Positions 39,374 to 53,319 are shown, counted from the whole stretch's first letter. The stretch: DNA of 63,521 nucleotides, filler included, from Octopus bimaculoides (GCF_001194135.2; 6 parts of 5 records of this genome joined end to end with filler, not necessarily neighbours in it), one strand, 5' to 3'. A program made the numbers and translations. Notes: generated by a model not told the origin, from the sequence alone.

Positions 39374-40214
39374 TATATATTTATATATATATTTATACAC
39401 ATACACACATGCAACAAGTTTCTTTCAGCTTTTGTCCACTTACAAAATGTTGGTCAGCCTAGGGCTATAATAGGAGAAACCTGCCAAAGGTACCACAGAG
39501 TGGGACTGAACTCAGGACCACATGACTGGAAAGCAAGTTTCTTAATCTTCAACCTATACCTACAACTTTTCAGTGCTTTTTTTTGTTTTGCCTATTTTTA
39601 TAAATTCTCAACATAAACAATCTTTTATATGGCTTGGACGCAACAATTCTAGATAAATCAACATTCACGAACGAAATGAAAATCATCTGTATTTTCAAGC
39701 AATTTAACCAAAATATAATGAATTTAATGTGATTATATTTAATTTAGGTACTAATAAATTCAAGCAAGGCTAGGTATCGCTGCTGCTGGCAGATAATCAA
39801 AGAGAATTTAGTGAATTTCCTAATGATGGAAATATGGCAGACATTATTTGATGTTTCCTCTTCAAATAGGACTGCAAAACTTTTATATACTGTTGTTACA
39901 TTGTGTAATTTTGTCAAATATAATAATCTTTATTATTTTATTTACTGTGCAAATGTAATATTGTCTCTATTTTATTCATTTCTGTTCTGCTTGATCTTTC
40001 TATTGATCAGTGTTGTTGAAAATTATGTTTGTAAAAGATATCTGAGTGATATCTAAATTCTAAATTATTTACACTGAAAGATATCGTGAAACATAATCTA
40101 AAATGATATCTGGATTATCTCTACAGAAAGATATCTTGATGGTATGTGAGGGTTATTTGTGCAGAAAGATATCAAAATGATACCTTGAGTTATTTTGGGC
40201 TGAAAGATATCTCT

Positions 40215-40620
40215 AATCATAATCATCGTTATCATCATGATCACTGCCACTGCCACCACCACAACCACCAGCACCACCACCACCACCACTACCACCACCA
40301 CCACCATAACCACTACTACAATCACCATCACAACCAATTGCACCACCACAACCACCTCCACCTCTACAATTACAACCACCTCTACCACCATCATCATCAT
40401 CATTACTACCACCACCACCACCACACACCACCACTACCATTATCTTCATCATCATCCTCATCACCACCACCATCACCACCACCATCACCACCACCATCAC
40501 CACCACCACCATCACCACCATCACCACCACCACCATCACCACCACCACCATCACCACCACCACCACCACCACCATCACCACCACCACCATCACCACCACC
40601 ACCATCGTTATCTTCATCAT
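40215..40620 (+). repeat. (CAC/CAT)n trinucleotide tract
   Basis: Read directly; produces the poly-H/P/T/V pseudo-ORFs. Confidence 0.9.
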
Positions 40621-41227
40621 TTCTATACCAGGTCTGTCACAGTCCATCCAAAGCAGTTCCTCTTCAGTTACCCCACTCTTAAAGGATTGTGAACCATGTC
40701 TTGTTCAAATGTTCCTATGTCTGATATTATTTATACAGCTGAATGTCCTTCCTATTGCTTCCCTTTACAGAGTGTACTTGGAGCATTTTATTTTGGCACC
40801 ACTACTAGAGAGTTTGACTGTTCTGTGGCAAGACTAAAGAACCCTATCGAGCTTACATTGCCTAAATCCATTCACCAACGCTTTACTGATTGTACTGAAT
40901 GCCTTTTACAGTGGCACCATCACTTGAAGGGTTGCCATGTCCTTGGCATGGCTAAAGCAACCTCTCTACACTATATTGTTGTTATTCAATCGTTCCTCAG
41001 CACCAGAAGGTTTGTTTCATCCCTCTAAGATTCAACAAAGTTCCCTCTGCTTTGCATTGTCTCTTTATTATCGTCATCATGTCTCATATGTCTGCAGCAC
41101 ATTGATGACACTGCAATGAAAGTCTTCCAGATCGAGCTAGAGTTCTCCAGCTGCTTTGCCACTCTTGTCCAATCAGCTCATGATATTGTCCCATCCACTG
41201 TGTTCTTTGTCTACCTCTTGATCTAGG

Positions 41228-41820
41228 AAGAGGGGGAGGAGGAGGAAGAAGAGGAGGAGGAGGAAGAAGAGGAGGAGGAGGAAGAAGAGGAGGAGGAAGA
41301 AGAGGAGGAGGAGGAAGAAGAGGAGGAGGAAGAAGAGGAGGAAGAGGAGGAGGAGGANNNNNNNNNNNNNNNNNNNNNNNNNNNNNNNNNNNNNNNNNNN
41401 NNNNNNNNNNNNNNNNNNNNNNNNNNNNNNNNNNNNNNNNNNNNNNNNNNNNNNNNNNNNNNNNNNNNNNNNNNNNNNNNNNNNNNNNNNNNNNNNNNNN
41501 NNNNNNAAGAGGAAGAGGAGGAGGAAGAGGAAGAGGAGGAGGAAGAGGAAGAGGAGGAGGAAGAGGAAGAGGAGGAGGAAGAGGAAGAGGAGGAGGAGGA
41601 GGAGGAGGAGGAGGAAGAGGAAGAGGAAGAGGAGGAAGAGGAGGAGGAAGAGGTGGAGGATGGCGGTACTGATGACGACAGTGATGACGACAGTGATGAC
41701 GACAGTGATGATACTGCCAATGACAACAACAACGATGACAATAACAACGATGACAATAACAACTACAACGATGACGAGAACAATGATGACAACGATGAGG
41801 AGTGGGAGGAGGAGGAGGCA
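41228..41820 (+). repeat. (GAG/GAA)n then (GAC/GAT/AAC)n tract with an internal gap
   Basis: Read directly from the sequence. Confidence 0.9.
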
Positions 41821-42244
41821 GACCAACTTTTGATTCAGCGTAAACAATCCCCTTATTCCCTGATCCATCTAGTTTCACCTTAATTGTGAGATCTTTCTAG
41901 AACACAAAGAAGAACATTAAGTTTTAAAGAGAATATCATTATTTTTCGCTTTATATCCTATTTTTCCATTTATGATACCATAAACGATAGAATTTATAAA
42001 AATATTAATTGATTTATGTCATTATACATTGGCAATAAAGCTGTTTTCTTATTTGATTAATGTTTATGCTTTCTGATGCTTCCATAACTTACTTAATTTT
42101 CGCACTAATTGTTATTGTTATTTAATTATAATATGTTTTGTTTTATTTCTTCTTTTCATATCATTTTGATCTGCAGTTCAGTGAAGAACAGAGAAATATT
42201 TCTGAAACTCCATTATCATAATCAACATTCCAGTGTGTTTTGTT

Positions 42245-42275
<31 letters not shown>

Positions 42276-44173
42276 TTGTTATCATTGATGCAATCAAAAG
42301 ACATCATAGTCGTAATCAACCAGTCATTGTTTGCCACGTTTCCATGACAATATTTTCCAATGCATTTGTCTCTTTTTAAAGACTTTTTAGACAAAACAAA
42401 AAAAAATGGAGAAAAAGATTTGGTTGATATTTACAGTAGGTCAACCACTGTACAGAGTTCATCTTTATTATGTTATATTTTAGCAGCAGTGAGCTGGTCG
42501 AATCATGAACATGCCAGAAAAATCACATCGTGGTACTTTTGCCACCTCTACATTCTGAGTTCAAATTCAACCAAGACTGACTGTGCCTTTCATCCTTTCA
42601 GGGTTAATAAAATAGGTACCTGTCAAGGGTCATATATTCCAGGTGTGCTAGGTGTACACTGCACACCCATCAAAATGGTCAATTCATTATATTAACATTA
42701 CTCATTAATTTAGTCACAAATCTTTATGGAAAACTTTTGTTGTATACCCTTTTGAAATTTGGTGGCATTTGGGTGTGGCATGACACTCAACACAACAACC
42801 ACCATACAACACTGTCCCAGTCCCTTTTCCCCACAAATCCCAGGTCCTGTGTCTATAATAGACAGGGCTGTTGTTATATATTTCTTGTTCTGAAGGAAGA
42901 CATTTGTTGTCTTGATAGCATACATGTGAGGCTGCATGTGAATGATATAACAACACCTTACAAACATTTAATAAGAACTTTTATTTCACCACACGAGTAA
43001 TATCCAGGAAATTTTGTATTAATTAGAAATTAATTAGAAAATTTCCACGAGTCATTAATTAGAAAATTTCCACAAGTCAAAATAAATTGAAAGAATAATT
43101 CTGCAGCATTCACCAATAATCGATTACAAAAGCTCTGTACTGAAGCTTTCCAGGAGAATATACAATAATGCCTCACTTCATGAGAACCCCTTTTTACAAG
43201 ATTTTGCATTTATGGGTTTTATTTTTCAAGCACAAGATCCAAATTTTTGAACGAAATGCAAAATTTTCTGCTACAATAACAAACGCTTCTGCGTGTTACC
43301 AAGAAATTTATAGAGAGCGAAAAAACTTTTAAGCAAATAACTCTAGACTTATTTTTTAAAAAGAAATCTGCAAGTCAGTCTACAAGTGCTTGTGAATTGG
43401 TGATCACGTCTACAAGTGATGATGTGCGAGAGTCTAGTTCGAGTAAAAATGATGCAGAAAATGATTATAATAATAATATTTTTTATTATGAAAGATCTTG
43501 ACATTATTTTTAATTTAAATAAAATATTCTTTACATTCTACTATTGTAACCAGTTCCCTTGTTATTTGACGAGAATTTTCGTGCAAAAGTTGGTTTAATC
43601 ACTCTTTGTCAAACTCAACCAATCACAAGCGGTTCTTTCAGTTATGGCACCCTCTCTATACACAGCACAAATGTCACGAGCAGCTTTTGTGGCCTTAGAA
43701 CCTTGATTAAAAGCAAAAAGAAGGTGTCGAAAATGCTCGTTTTTTTTAATGATCTGAAAATAAACAAAAATTAACTAAAATTAACTAGAAAAAAGAAACA
43801 AAATAGATTCCAAAATGATTCAAAAATAGAATTCTCAAAAAAAAAATAGATTTCAAAATATAAAAACGCAATAAATTCCAAAATTAAAAAAAAACGGCGG
43901 GAACTCAGTTGCCAACCCAATATATATATATAACAAAAGAGCCGGTCTATTTCCACACAGGANNNNNNNNNNNNNNNNNNNNNNNNNNNNNNNNNNNNNN
44001 NNNNNNTTAATTAATTAANNNNNNNNNNNNNNNNNNNNNNNNNNNNNNNNNNNNNNNNNNNNGCTCCGAAACACCACCGAGTGGGGAACTATTATGAGGA
44101 AACTTTATGAGGAAACAAAGCCGCCTCGTGCAAATTATCCCCACTCACTGAAAAACTTTTTCACAATAAATTC

Positions 44174-44374
44174 GGTACTACTAAAGCAGCGCGGACCCGA
44201 ACGCGCAGTCGCGCGTCCGCGCTAGCTAGTCTTGAGTTGTCGATCCTAACCCTAACCCTAACCCTATCCCTAACCAGCGTGTGCAAATGAATACGTGGTT
44301 AGGGTTAGGGTTAGGATCGACCACTCACGACTAGCTAGCGCGGACGACCGGGTCCGCGCTGCTTTAGTAGTACC
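44174..44374. mobile_element. palindromic MITE, 8-bp TSD, Merlin-like termini, internal telomeric repeats
   Basis: Perfect TSD ATAAATTC (44166-73 and 44375-82). Termini GGTACTACTAAAGCAGCGCGGACCC / GGGTCCGCGCTGCTTTAGTAGTACC. Long inverted arms end in (CCCTAA)n and (TTAGGG)n. Confidence 0.85.
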
Positions 44375-45156
44375 ATAAATTCCAATGTTATCAAAATCTG
44401 AAGCATATCTATAGAAAAATTTATCTAAAAATATCCATTTCCTGAAAGTTATGAGGAAACAAATTCGACGCACTTGTGCAGGTACGCTAAAATAAAAAAA
44501 AACTTTTCACCAGCCACAGAGTGAAGAACTAAAAGTTTAAAGATCGTCTTAAGGAGCTGTTAAAGAGACAAATTATCGGCATATAAAAAGGTGAAAAGTA
44601 TTTTTCTGAGGGTTTGGGAGAAGTGACAGGACTGCTGGATGGAAAATCCTTACTTTTAAGTGTAAAAGGTTCAAATCTAACCCGGAAGCGAAACTTGGCT
44701 GTTAAATCGAGGGGCCTACTTTTTATTATTTCATTTGAAAAATTTTTTTTCGTTTTTCAAATAAAGTATATATAAAATAAATACTAACCTGGCATTTCTG
44801 GGCTTTCTTCTTCTGACGATGTGTCCTGAATTCGACACTGGAAAGTTTATGTAGATAAAATGTAAGAAAAAGTTAAATGAGAGAGAGAGAGGGAGAAAAG
44901 CAGAGAGAAAGGCAGTAGAGACTAGTGAGGGTAGGGGGAGGAGAAGGCAGGAGGAAGAAAAGAGAAGGGAGATAACTATGGAAGGTAAAATACTGAATAA
45001 AAACTGCGAAACAAGGGGAAAAATGTGGTGGATATGGATAAAGACAAAAATAATGGGAGAGGAAATAGTGAGAAAATAGAAAAAGGAAACAAAAACTGTA
45101 AAAACATTGTATTTCTTAATAAGAAGTGATTTGTTTATTGGGAATTGAAGAGGTAA

Positions 45157-45164
45157 TCACGTGA
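45157..45164. promoter_or_regulatory. E-box TCACGTGA in a possible internal promoter region
   Basis: ATCACGTGAC (9/10 match to the GTCACGTGAC CLEAR-type motif) in CpG-retaining unique DNA. A GTAAGT donor lies downstream at 45625. Confidence 0.3.
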
Positions 45165-46962
45165 CTGTGTTGAATCTGTCTGTTTGGCTGTCTGCCTGCT
45201 TTGGCTCCTGTTGCTTTTGTGTTGCGACCAAAACACATGGCAATTGATGTGGTTGTTCAGCCAATTTTACTCTGATATATTAGTTTAAACGATGCAGAAA
45301 ACGAAATAAGAAAGAAACGCACTCGAAAAACCTTTAATCTCCGCTAATTGTTTCTTCAGAGACGTGTGTTTGCAGCAACAGGGAATGCTACTGGCTTACA
45401 ACACCACAAATTTATATACTTATATTATTATTATATGTCTCTGTATTATATAAAGAAAAAATCCAGGATCTTTATTGCTTTTATGTGAAAGAAGATTTAT
45501 GAATGCCAGCTCTATATTAGACATTCCCACAAACCGAAGGAAATCTCCTTACAATGATGTCCCAACCACAGAACCAGTCTTTCATTGAAGTTCGTTGCTG
45601 TGGTCGTCTCTTGATGAGGGTCAAGTAAGTTAACAGCTTGGTTTTTTCTTTCCTAATTGTTATTGAGTATTTAAGACAGTTTATACAGCAAGGAAAACCT
45701 TATTTATTTCAGATCTACCAAACATTATGGCACTCCATTTGGGGGATTACCCCCCCCCCCAAGTCCATTCGTATCTAGAATACCTTAAAGGATTACGAAA
45801 TCGATGACTTCTACTTTTATTTCATCGACTCAAACACTGGAAAAACAAAAGGATAAGTTGATCTCGGCGATATAATTGCATTCAAAACGTAAAAAGACTG
45901 TAACCAAACACCTCTGGCATTTTGTTTGATGCTCAATCGATCGGAAGATCGATTTTAAAGAGCTGAAGTCAGATGTTTTCATCTCAGAAGCTATACTTTT
46001 ATTCTCATTATTGCTTTGCGATTCTTTACGTTCTGAGTTCAAATGCCACCAAGATCGACTTTTTAATCTTATCGGGGGGTCGTTAAATTACGAGGACTGG
46101 AGTCGATGTGATTGATTGACCTCTCCTTCACTGGCCTTGTGTATGGAAGAAGGATCAGTTGCTTATGGCATTTACAGGCCGACCCTATGCCGATGTTATC
46201 AATGCCAGTTCTCCCTCAAACCACATTCCATCATCCTAAATAGAGAATACACGATCCCTATTCTAAAAGATGAGCTGCTCATACCTGTAATGTGCACTTC
46301 GGGTTAAGCAACAACCACAATAACCTAATTAGCATCTCCTGGAAAGGAAAACATTTCATTTATTTATTGTGAGATTTTGTAATTAACCTGACCTGCTGTA
46401 CTTTATTATCGATTACTTTAAATGTCAGCGTCGATGCAATTAACTATAGTACCCCCATCATCTCTTCCTAAATTAAATTTCTGGTTTTGTACCTATCTTT
46501 GAAATTATTATAAACATTTCTGAAGTTGAAAATAGCTTTAGAGCAATTATGAGATTTCTAAGGAAACAATTATTTCATTCAAATCATTGATAAGACAGCT
46601 CTCCTCTTGAATATTGCTTTCATTATATATATTTTAGCTGTACGTACAATGTAGCAGAGAGGGGAGTTCCCTTCACATTTACGATGCTTTATAACAATAT
46701 TAATTTGTCCTCGCTTTTGTTATGCAACTTGGACCACGCCGACCAATGTCTCGCTTTTGTTTTAGTCATTAGACCAGCCATGCTGAGACACCGTCTTGAA
46801 GAATTTCTTGGTCGAATGAATCAACTCCAGTATTTATATTTTTTGAAGTCTAGGACTTATCGTATCGGGTGCCTTTTGCTGAACCGCTAAGTTACGGGGA
46901 CGTAAACATACCAAAGCCGATTGTCAAGCGATGGTAGTGGATAGACAAAGACACTCAGATAT

Positions 46963-47026
<64 letters not shown>

Positions 47027-47042
47027 ATGTCCTTTACCTCCA

Positions 47043-47080
<38 letters not shown>

Positions 47081-48111
47081 GTGAGTCGTCCATAGAGGGA
47101 GACCTTTGTGAATGCGAAACCATTGGTCACTCTGATGGTACATATACTTAACTACATATATATGTGTGTGTGTGTGTAGGCGGAAGTAAAGAATACACCA
47201 CCCGTTTTTATTGGGTTTTTTTAATACTTGGTGAGGCTGGTTGAACATCACAGGCTTGCTAACATTATTGTTGTTGACGATGATGATGATGAAGTGAATG
47301 TTCCAACATTCATCTCTCTCTCTCTCTCTGAAGCTACATGGTTTTAGAATACTAAATGAAGAATTTATGTAGAATGAAGGTGTATATATAGTAATTCCGT
47401 AGCTAACTTTCTTATCTATATAATTCATAGCTCAGCCTCCCTGTTCTTTTTATTTATTCATTTGTTACCCCCAAGGGGTCAAGAGATCGACCCAATGTCC
47501 AGTCGTTCAATGTCTAAACGTGGAATCTCCACTGTCTAAATTACTTCTCAGACTCTACATACCTGAAGCTAATCCACACATTTGTACACGTTGTGCGGCC
47601 CCACCCTGCATCTCATTCATTGATCATTATTATTATTATTATCTACATTGGCACACGTTTCTTTGCTTTATTTCTTTCTTTCAAATCGATTTCTCTTCTG
47701 TTCACCGTGTAAGTTTGTACAGCCGTGCCAGTCATTCCGACTACATGTATCAATAGGCCCCACCACTTCTTAATATGTAAGTAAACCATCGACACAGTTT
47801 GTATAAAACATTTTGTTGTATAAAGTGTCTCATAAAGCAAAACCATTGCTCACTTCTCTTGCCAGAAAGGCCAGCTCACTGCTATTAACTAAAGTAAATT
47901 AGTCATCAAACCAATGTGTGAGTAATATATGATGACTGTTTAATAGTAATAGCTTTACTGACGTGGTGGTGGTGGTGGTGGCTTGCCCGCCTATGAATTA
48001 GTTGTAGATTCCACTGAATAACGAGAAATTTTCTTTTATTCATCATCATAATAATATCGTAATTTTAATCTCACAATTTTCACATCATCTAATCATCTCT
48101 TTATTCGGTTT

Positions 48112-48151
48112 AAAAATATTCCGGCTTGTTTAAACAAGCCGGAATATTTTT
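48112..48151. repeat. perfect 40-bp palindrome
   Basis: AAAAATATTCCGGCTTGTTT|AAACAAGCCGGAATATTTTT. Confidence 0.95.
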
Positions 48152-50579
48152 CTATATTTTTTAATTCTCTTTTGAATCTAAAACAGAACATGCCAGTGAG
48201 TTCTTGACAAACCGATTCCAAGATATAGGTGTGATTCTTCTGTTAGAACTAGGGCTTTATAGATGCAGCAATCGTCTTTTAGGAAAGGCATACCGTTACA
48301 ACCGCCAACGTTTCCCCTAACTTTATAAATCTGGGTCTTTTTTCATGCCCATGTAAAGCAATCCTTGACTAATTTGTTCACTGTTTCTATATCTCTCCCT
48401 CGTTATTCCGCTGCCAGTCACAGCCTCTTCCCCTCTCCAGTCAGCCATATTACTAAGTGCTTGGAGGTGGAATAAAAAAACAGACGAGCACTAAAATCGT
48501 TTCTTGATGCCTAATGACATTTTAATATACTTCCCTGCAACGGGTGGTGGTGGTGGTGGTGCTACAATAATTGTAGACTGGCTGTTGGTTAAACACCCAA
48601 CCTAAACGGTGTTGGCAGCATCAATTAGTCTGCAACTGTTGGTATTTTAAGCAGTTTGGGGTTATTTCATTTTGTTTCTCGTAGCTTCTCCTTTTTCTGT
48701 GCTGTCGTTCTGTCAATTATCACACAGTAAGCCTCAGGTTTAAATAATCCCTTCAAATAGATAATCCCAATCATCTTTACGCCATGTGTGGAGGATTATT
48801 AAATGATGATGTCTTGCATCGGAAACAAAGTTAGACATTTGAGGGGAGGGTCTTGTTGGTTAAATCGACGCTTGTAGTTGATAAAAACTTTATCTTATCG
48901 ACCCTGGATAGATGAAAGTCAAAGTGGACTTCAACGGAATTTGAAATCAGAACGGAGTCGGAACAAGTACCAACGTTTATACAAGAATGAAATCGGAGAG
49001 TTGTGTTCCTATATTTCCCAATGATTGTTATAGAAAGGTGAAACGACATTATCTCTTACTCATTTCAGTCATTGGACAGCGACCATACTGGGCCTTGAAG
49101 AGTTTAGTTGAACAAATAGACCACAGGACTTTTTTTTATTATTATTTCTATGCCTGGCACTCCTATCGGTCTCTGAGGTCAAACCATAAACAAACCAACA
49201 CCAGTTATCAAACTGGTGGCGGTGGAGACACACAGACACACACAATAAAAACATATATACGACAGATTTCTTTCGGTTTCTTTCCAAATTCACCTATAAG
49301 TTCACACCTGGGGCACGTGCTGTCAGTAATTGCTCAGGGTAGGCAGTTGGTGACATTTATGTAGTAAAACATACAAAAAAATAAGCGAAACAGGCGCGCT
49401 ACCGAGTTGACGGCAGATTTACTTCTGCCTTTATAGCACGTAAAGAAAATGGTGTTGTTGTAATGTACGCAGCATGTGTACTACAGCAGTACTATGTGTA
49501 GCTTAAATACTGAGATCGAAAAGTAGGGGCAAATTATGCCTACCTAATCTTCAAAAAAATATATATATAGTTTGCATCTTATGCATAGTAATCAGAGTAA
49601 CCTTCATAATTGTATTGTATTAGGGGCATATTTTGCCATAAAAGGAAAATGTTGCTATCGCTCTATTTTATTCACGTTAGGCACTGCCGACCCAGGCAGC
49701 ACGTCCCCGTTACACCTCTACAAACATCTTCGTGTTACCATTGATGAACCTCTCAGCTGATGTTGGTATTTAGTTCTGATCAAGCAAACTTGTAATCAAA
49801 GGCAATCCTGCCGGGACCATCCTGTTGGAGTTGTCATCATGACATATGGTATGTCTTGGGTAGGTTTCAACCTAACAGCCCCACTTTTTTTTTTAGCTTT
49901 GACGATTTCTTCTTAAGAATATTTCTTCTTCCCATAGGCACAGCTATAGATGTATGGTTGAGAAGCTTCATTCTGGGTCACGAGTTCAGTCCTACTGTGT
50001 GGCAACTGTCTTTACTGCAGCCCCTGGCCAACCAAAACATTGTGAGTGGATTTGGTAGACAGAAATTGAAAGAATGTGTGTGTGTGTGTGTATCTAACAA
50101 AATGGGCAATGTTTTGATATTTATTTACCATTACACATGTTCCCATTTGGAATTACAAAGTTGTTCATGTTAGACAGGCATTTAAGGAATTTCCTTTTAG
50201 ACAGAGAAATTAAATAATAGAAATTTTAGGTTTGTATGAATCTAAACCTAAAATTTCTATTATTTAATTTCTCTGTCTGAAGGATTTTTAGTAGGAAATT
50301 CCTTACATGTCGGTCTAACATGGACATCTCTGTAATTCCTATTTGCAAATGAAACACATGTAATGGTAAAAAAAATAGTACCAAAAAATGGTCCCTTTCC
50401 TGTTTTGTCATGCAATAACACTGCAAATCATATTTTCAGAATTCTCAATTTTAATATGTATTTCGAAGTAACATACAGCAGCAAATGAAACTACATATTG
50501 GATTCTAATAATAGAACGATTAGATGTGCTTCAAGAGGAAACAGTTGGGATTTGCCATAACTACCTACATATTAAATAG

Positions 50580-50616
<37 letters not shown>

Positions 50617-50624
50617 GAAAAGTG

Positions 50625-50880
50625 GCTGAGTTCCTTTCGAGTGTTGGGTCTCATGGAGGCATTGACCAAGACCTTTGACATTATGTGGTGCTTGAGAAAA
50701 AAACCCATCAAGCCGAGCAAAATTGCAGTCATGATAGATACCAGAGTCATGCAAATTGGCACCTGTGCCAGTGGCACATAAAAGCATCCATTACACTCTT
50801 GGAGTGGTTGGTGTTAGGAAGGGCATCCAGCCGTAGAAAACCATGTCAAATCAGTCTGGTGCAGCCTTCCAACATACCAG
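50625..50880 (+). mobile_element. RTE 3' region (family C), plus strand
   Basis: GTGGCACATAAAAGCA..GGTGTTAGGAAGGGCATCCAGCCGTAGAAA. Other plus copies: 34300-34440 and 54780-54902. Confidence 0.8.
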
Positions 50881-50899
50881 CTCTTTTCTACTCTAGGCA

Positions 50900-51105
50900 C
50901 TTTACTTGTTTCAGTCATTTGACTGCGGCCATGCTAGAGCACTGCCTTTATAGTCAAGCAAATCAACCCCAGTACTTATTCTTTATAAGCCTAGTACTTA
51001 TTCTATCGGTCTGTTTTGCCAAACCACTAAGTTATGGGGATGTAAAAACACCAGCATCGGTTGTCAAGCAATGCTGGAGGGACAAACACAGACATACAAA
51101 CATAT

Positions 51106-51140
<35 letters not shown>

Positions 51141-51290
51141 CGACGGGCTTCTTTCAGTTTCCATTTACCAAATCCACTCACAAGGCTTTGGTCGGCCCGA
51201 GGCTATAGTAGAAGACACTTGCCCAAGGTGCCACGCAGTGGGACTGAACCCAGAACCATGTGGTTAGTAAGCAAGCTACTTACCATACAG
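50900..51290 (-). mobile_element. SINE family A, near full length
   Basis: Reverse complement of the family A consensus, with internal (TA)n. Confidence 0.85.
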
Positions 51291-51910
51291 TGAATGTTTC
51301 AAAAAAAGATGGGGTGAATGTAGCAAGGATGGCACGTGTGAATGACGGAGCCAGCTTGAACAGAATCCTATGAGCCGGAAAAAAAAAGAAAGGAAAAAGA
51401 GAGTCACTTCCTGTAATGTGTTTTCTTTTTGCATGACATTATTGCCCAAGGTTACATTGGTCTTTTCTTTCCATGGATAAACCTAATTTGTTTTCCTTTT
51501 TACATTGACATTTCTGTGATACATGATCCCTATTGATCAGCCCACTTTATTTTTTCTTCTCTTCTTCCCAAAAAGAAAAGCTCTACTTTGTATTTTATCC
51601 CCTCTGTGTTCAGCCGTGTGTGGCCAATAAAGAAACATATTATCATCATCATCATCATTTAATGTCCATTTTCCATGCTGGCATGGGTTCAATGGTTCAA
51701 ACTCCAGTCTGTTCTGGCATGGTCTCTACAACTGGATGCTTTTCATATGGCCCTGACTCTAGTGAGACGATTGAGTAATTTACAAAACAACATCTGCTAA
51801 CCATTCTAAAGATATGATCTTTGAAATCATCTGCTTTTATTATGTCTTTTTTTTTAATTCAAACTTTAACACATTTAATTCATTTCTGTTGAACCTGTTT
51901 TTTTTTCCAG

Positions 51911-52034
51911 AATCTTGCACAGTTAAAGGAATGGATATTCGCCGACCTAAAATGTTAGCTGGTCGAGAACATCCAGCTTACAAAAACAAGCAACATTCAG
52001 AGCAAGCTTTTGAAAAACTAAATCAAATGAGAAA
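51911..52034 (+). CDS. kel: kelch/KLHL2-3-like gene, exon encoding the N-terminal region before the BTB domain
   Basis: Acceptor ttttttccAG|51911 and donor 52034|GTAAGT. Encodes (x)SCTVKGMDIRRPKMLAGREHPAYKNKQHSEQAFEKLNQMR(K), resembling the pre-BTB segment of Drosophila Kelch. Its phase-2 end matches the next exon. In-frame ATGs at 51931 and 51952. Confidence 0.85.
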
Positions 52035-52229
52035 GTAAGTGTTCTTTGTGTGTTTATGTGTTTGTTTAGTTAATGCTGGTTTTTACAGTGCTATCACCTC
52101 AACATCTGTTTAGTGTATCACCAGCCTTCGTTATGTAGCCATAATAGTTGCCATATTTTCCAGCATACAAGTTATTCAGATAAAACTTTACAGTTCAAAA
52201 CAAGTAGGCCAACTTAACACACCTTTCCA

Positions 52230-52300
52230 CAGTGGTTCCCAACCCTTTTATTTAAATGAGCTCTCCCACACACCCCTTTTAATATGCTTATCTTTATGTA
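52230..52300 (+). mobile_element. hAT-type terminus (left member of an inverted pair)
   Basis: CAGTGGTTCCCAACC...CCCCTTTTAATATGCTTATCTTTAT. Confidence 0.6.
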
Positions 52301-52307
52301 TGTATGT

Positions 52308-52620
52308 ATCATCATCATCATCATCATCGTTTAACGTTCGATTTCCAAGCTGGCATGGGTTGGACGGTTTGACTGAGGACTGGCAAGCCAGGAGGCTGCA
52401 CCAGGCTCCAATCTGATCTGGCAAAGTTTCTACAGCTGGATGCCCTTCCTAATGCCAACCACTCGTAGAGTGTAGTGGGTGCTTTTTACGTGCTACCAGC
52501 ATAGGAACGAGTCAGGTGGGCCTGGCAGCGATCACATTTGGATAATGCTTTTTTACGTGCCACCAGCACAGGGGCCAGTCAGTGGGTACTGGCATTGGCC
52601 ACGTTCAGATGGTGCTTTTC
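52308..52620 (-). mobile_element. RTE 3' end (family C)
   Basis: (CAT)n tail and conserved 3' motif. Other minus copies: 18510-18680, 30062-30312, 37330-37685, 37885-38095, 51640-51745. Confidence 0.85.
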
Positions 52621-52780
52621 AAGTATTTTTGAAAATAGATTAGAATTTACTGGTTTAGATTTGTGCCGGTCAACTTTGGTAATAACATTTAAAGTTTGTA
52701 TTTATATCCTTGATAAGTTCATCTCATTAATTCATGACTGGTTTTGAATTATGTAGATAGACTCTGGTAGGACAATTTCG

Positions 52781-52819
<39 letters not shown>

Positions 52820-53319
52820 TTAAATTCATCTTGGTAATCCATGACAATTTTGTGTAAACAGTACCTTATCCTACATTCCATATTTGAGATGTAGAAGGTT
52901 GATTTTGGTGGTCAAAAGTATTTAATTTTATCTTCTCCATCTCTGACAAGCAGAAGTATTGTCCATCAATGTGTATCAACAATGGATTCCATTATAATGA
53001 CAATATTTTCGTGAAACGATTGTAAGATGCATTAATTAACAAATTATGTTTCATGTTTCATATATTTTTAATACAATACTATTTTAGACATATATATATC
53101 TTTGTGAGAAATTTTGTTTGATATTGAATTTCATGCTATTATTTCAAAATACAGAAAATATAATCGATCCTATTAATGTCTAAATACTTTATCGTATTAA
53201 TATTTTTGAAATTCTCTACACGGAGCACTCATTGTAAATTCAGTATATAATATTCTAACAGAATATATTTAATTAATGATATATATCTATATTGATGTAT
53301 ATGTGTGTATATATATCGT

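Noticed and set aside
40146-41883. Extensin-, His-rich or acidic-protein-like ORFs
   Set aside because: Pure trinucleotide tracts are open in several frames on both strands.
44813-44850. Third hammerhead-like motif CTGACGA-T-GTGTC..GACAC-TG-GAAA
   Set aside because: Stem II is present, but there are extra bases before GAAA and no valid stem III, NUH triplet or stem I. At best a decayed relic.
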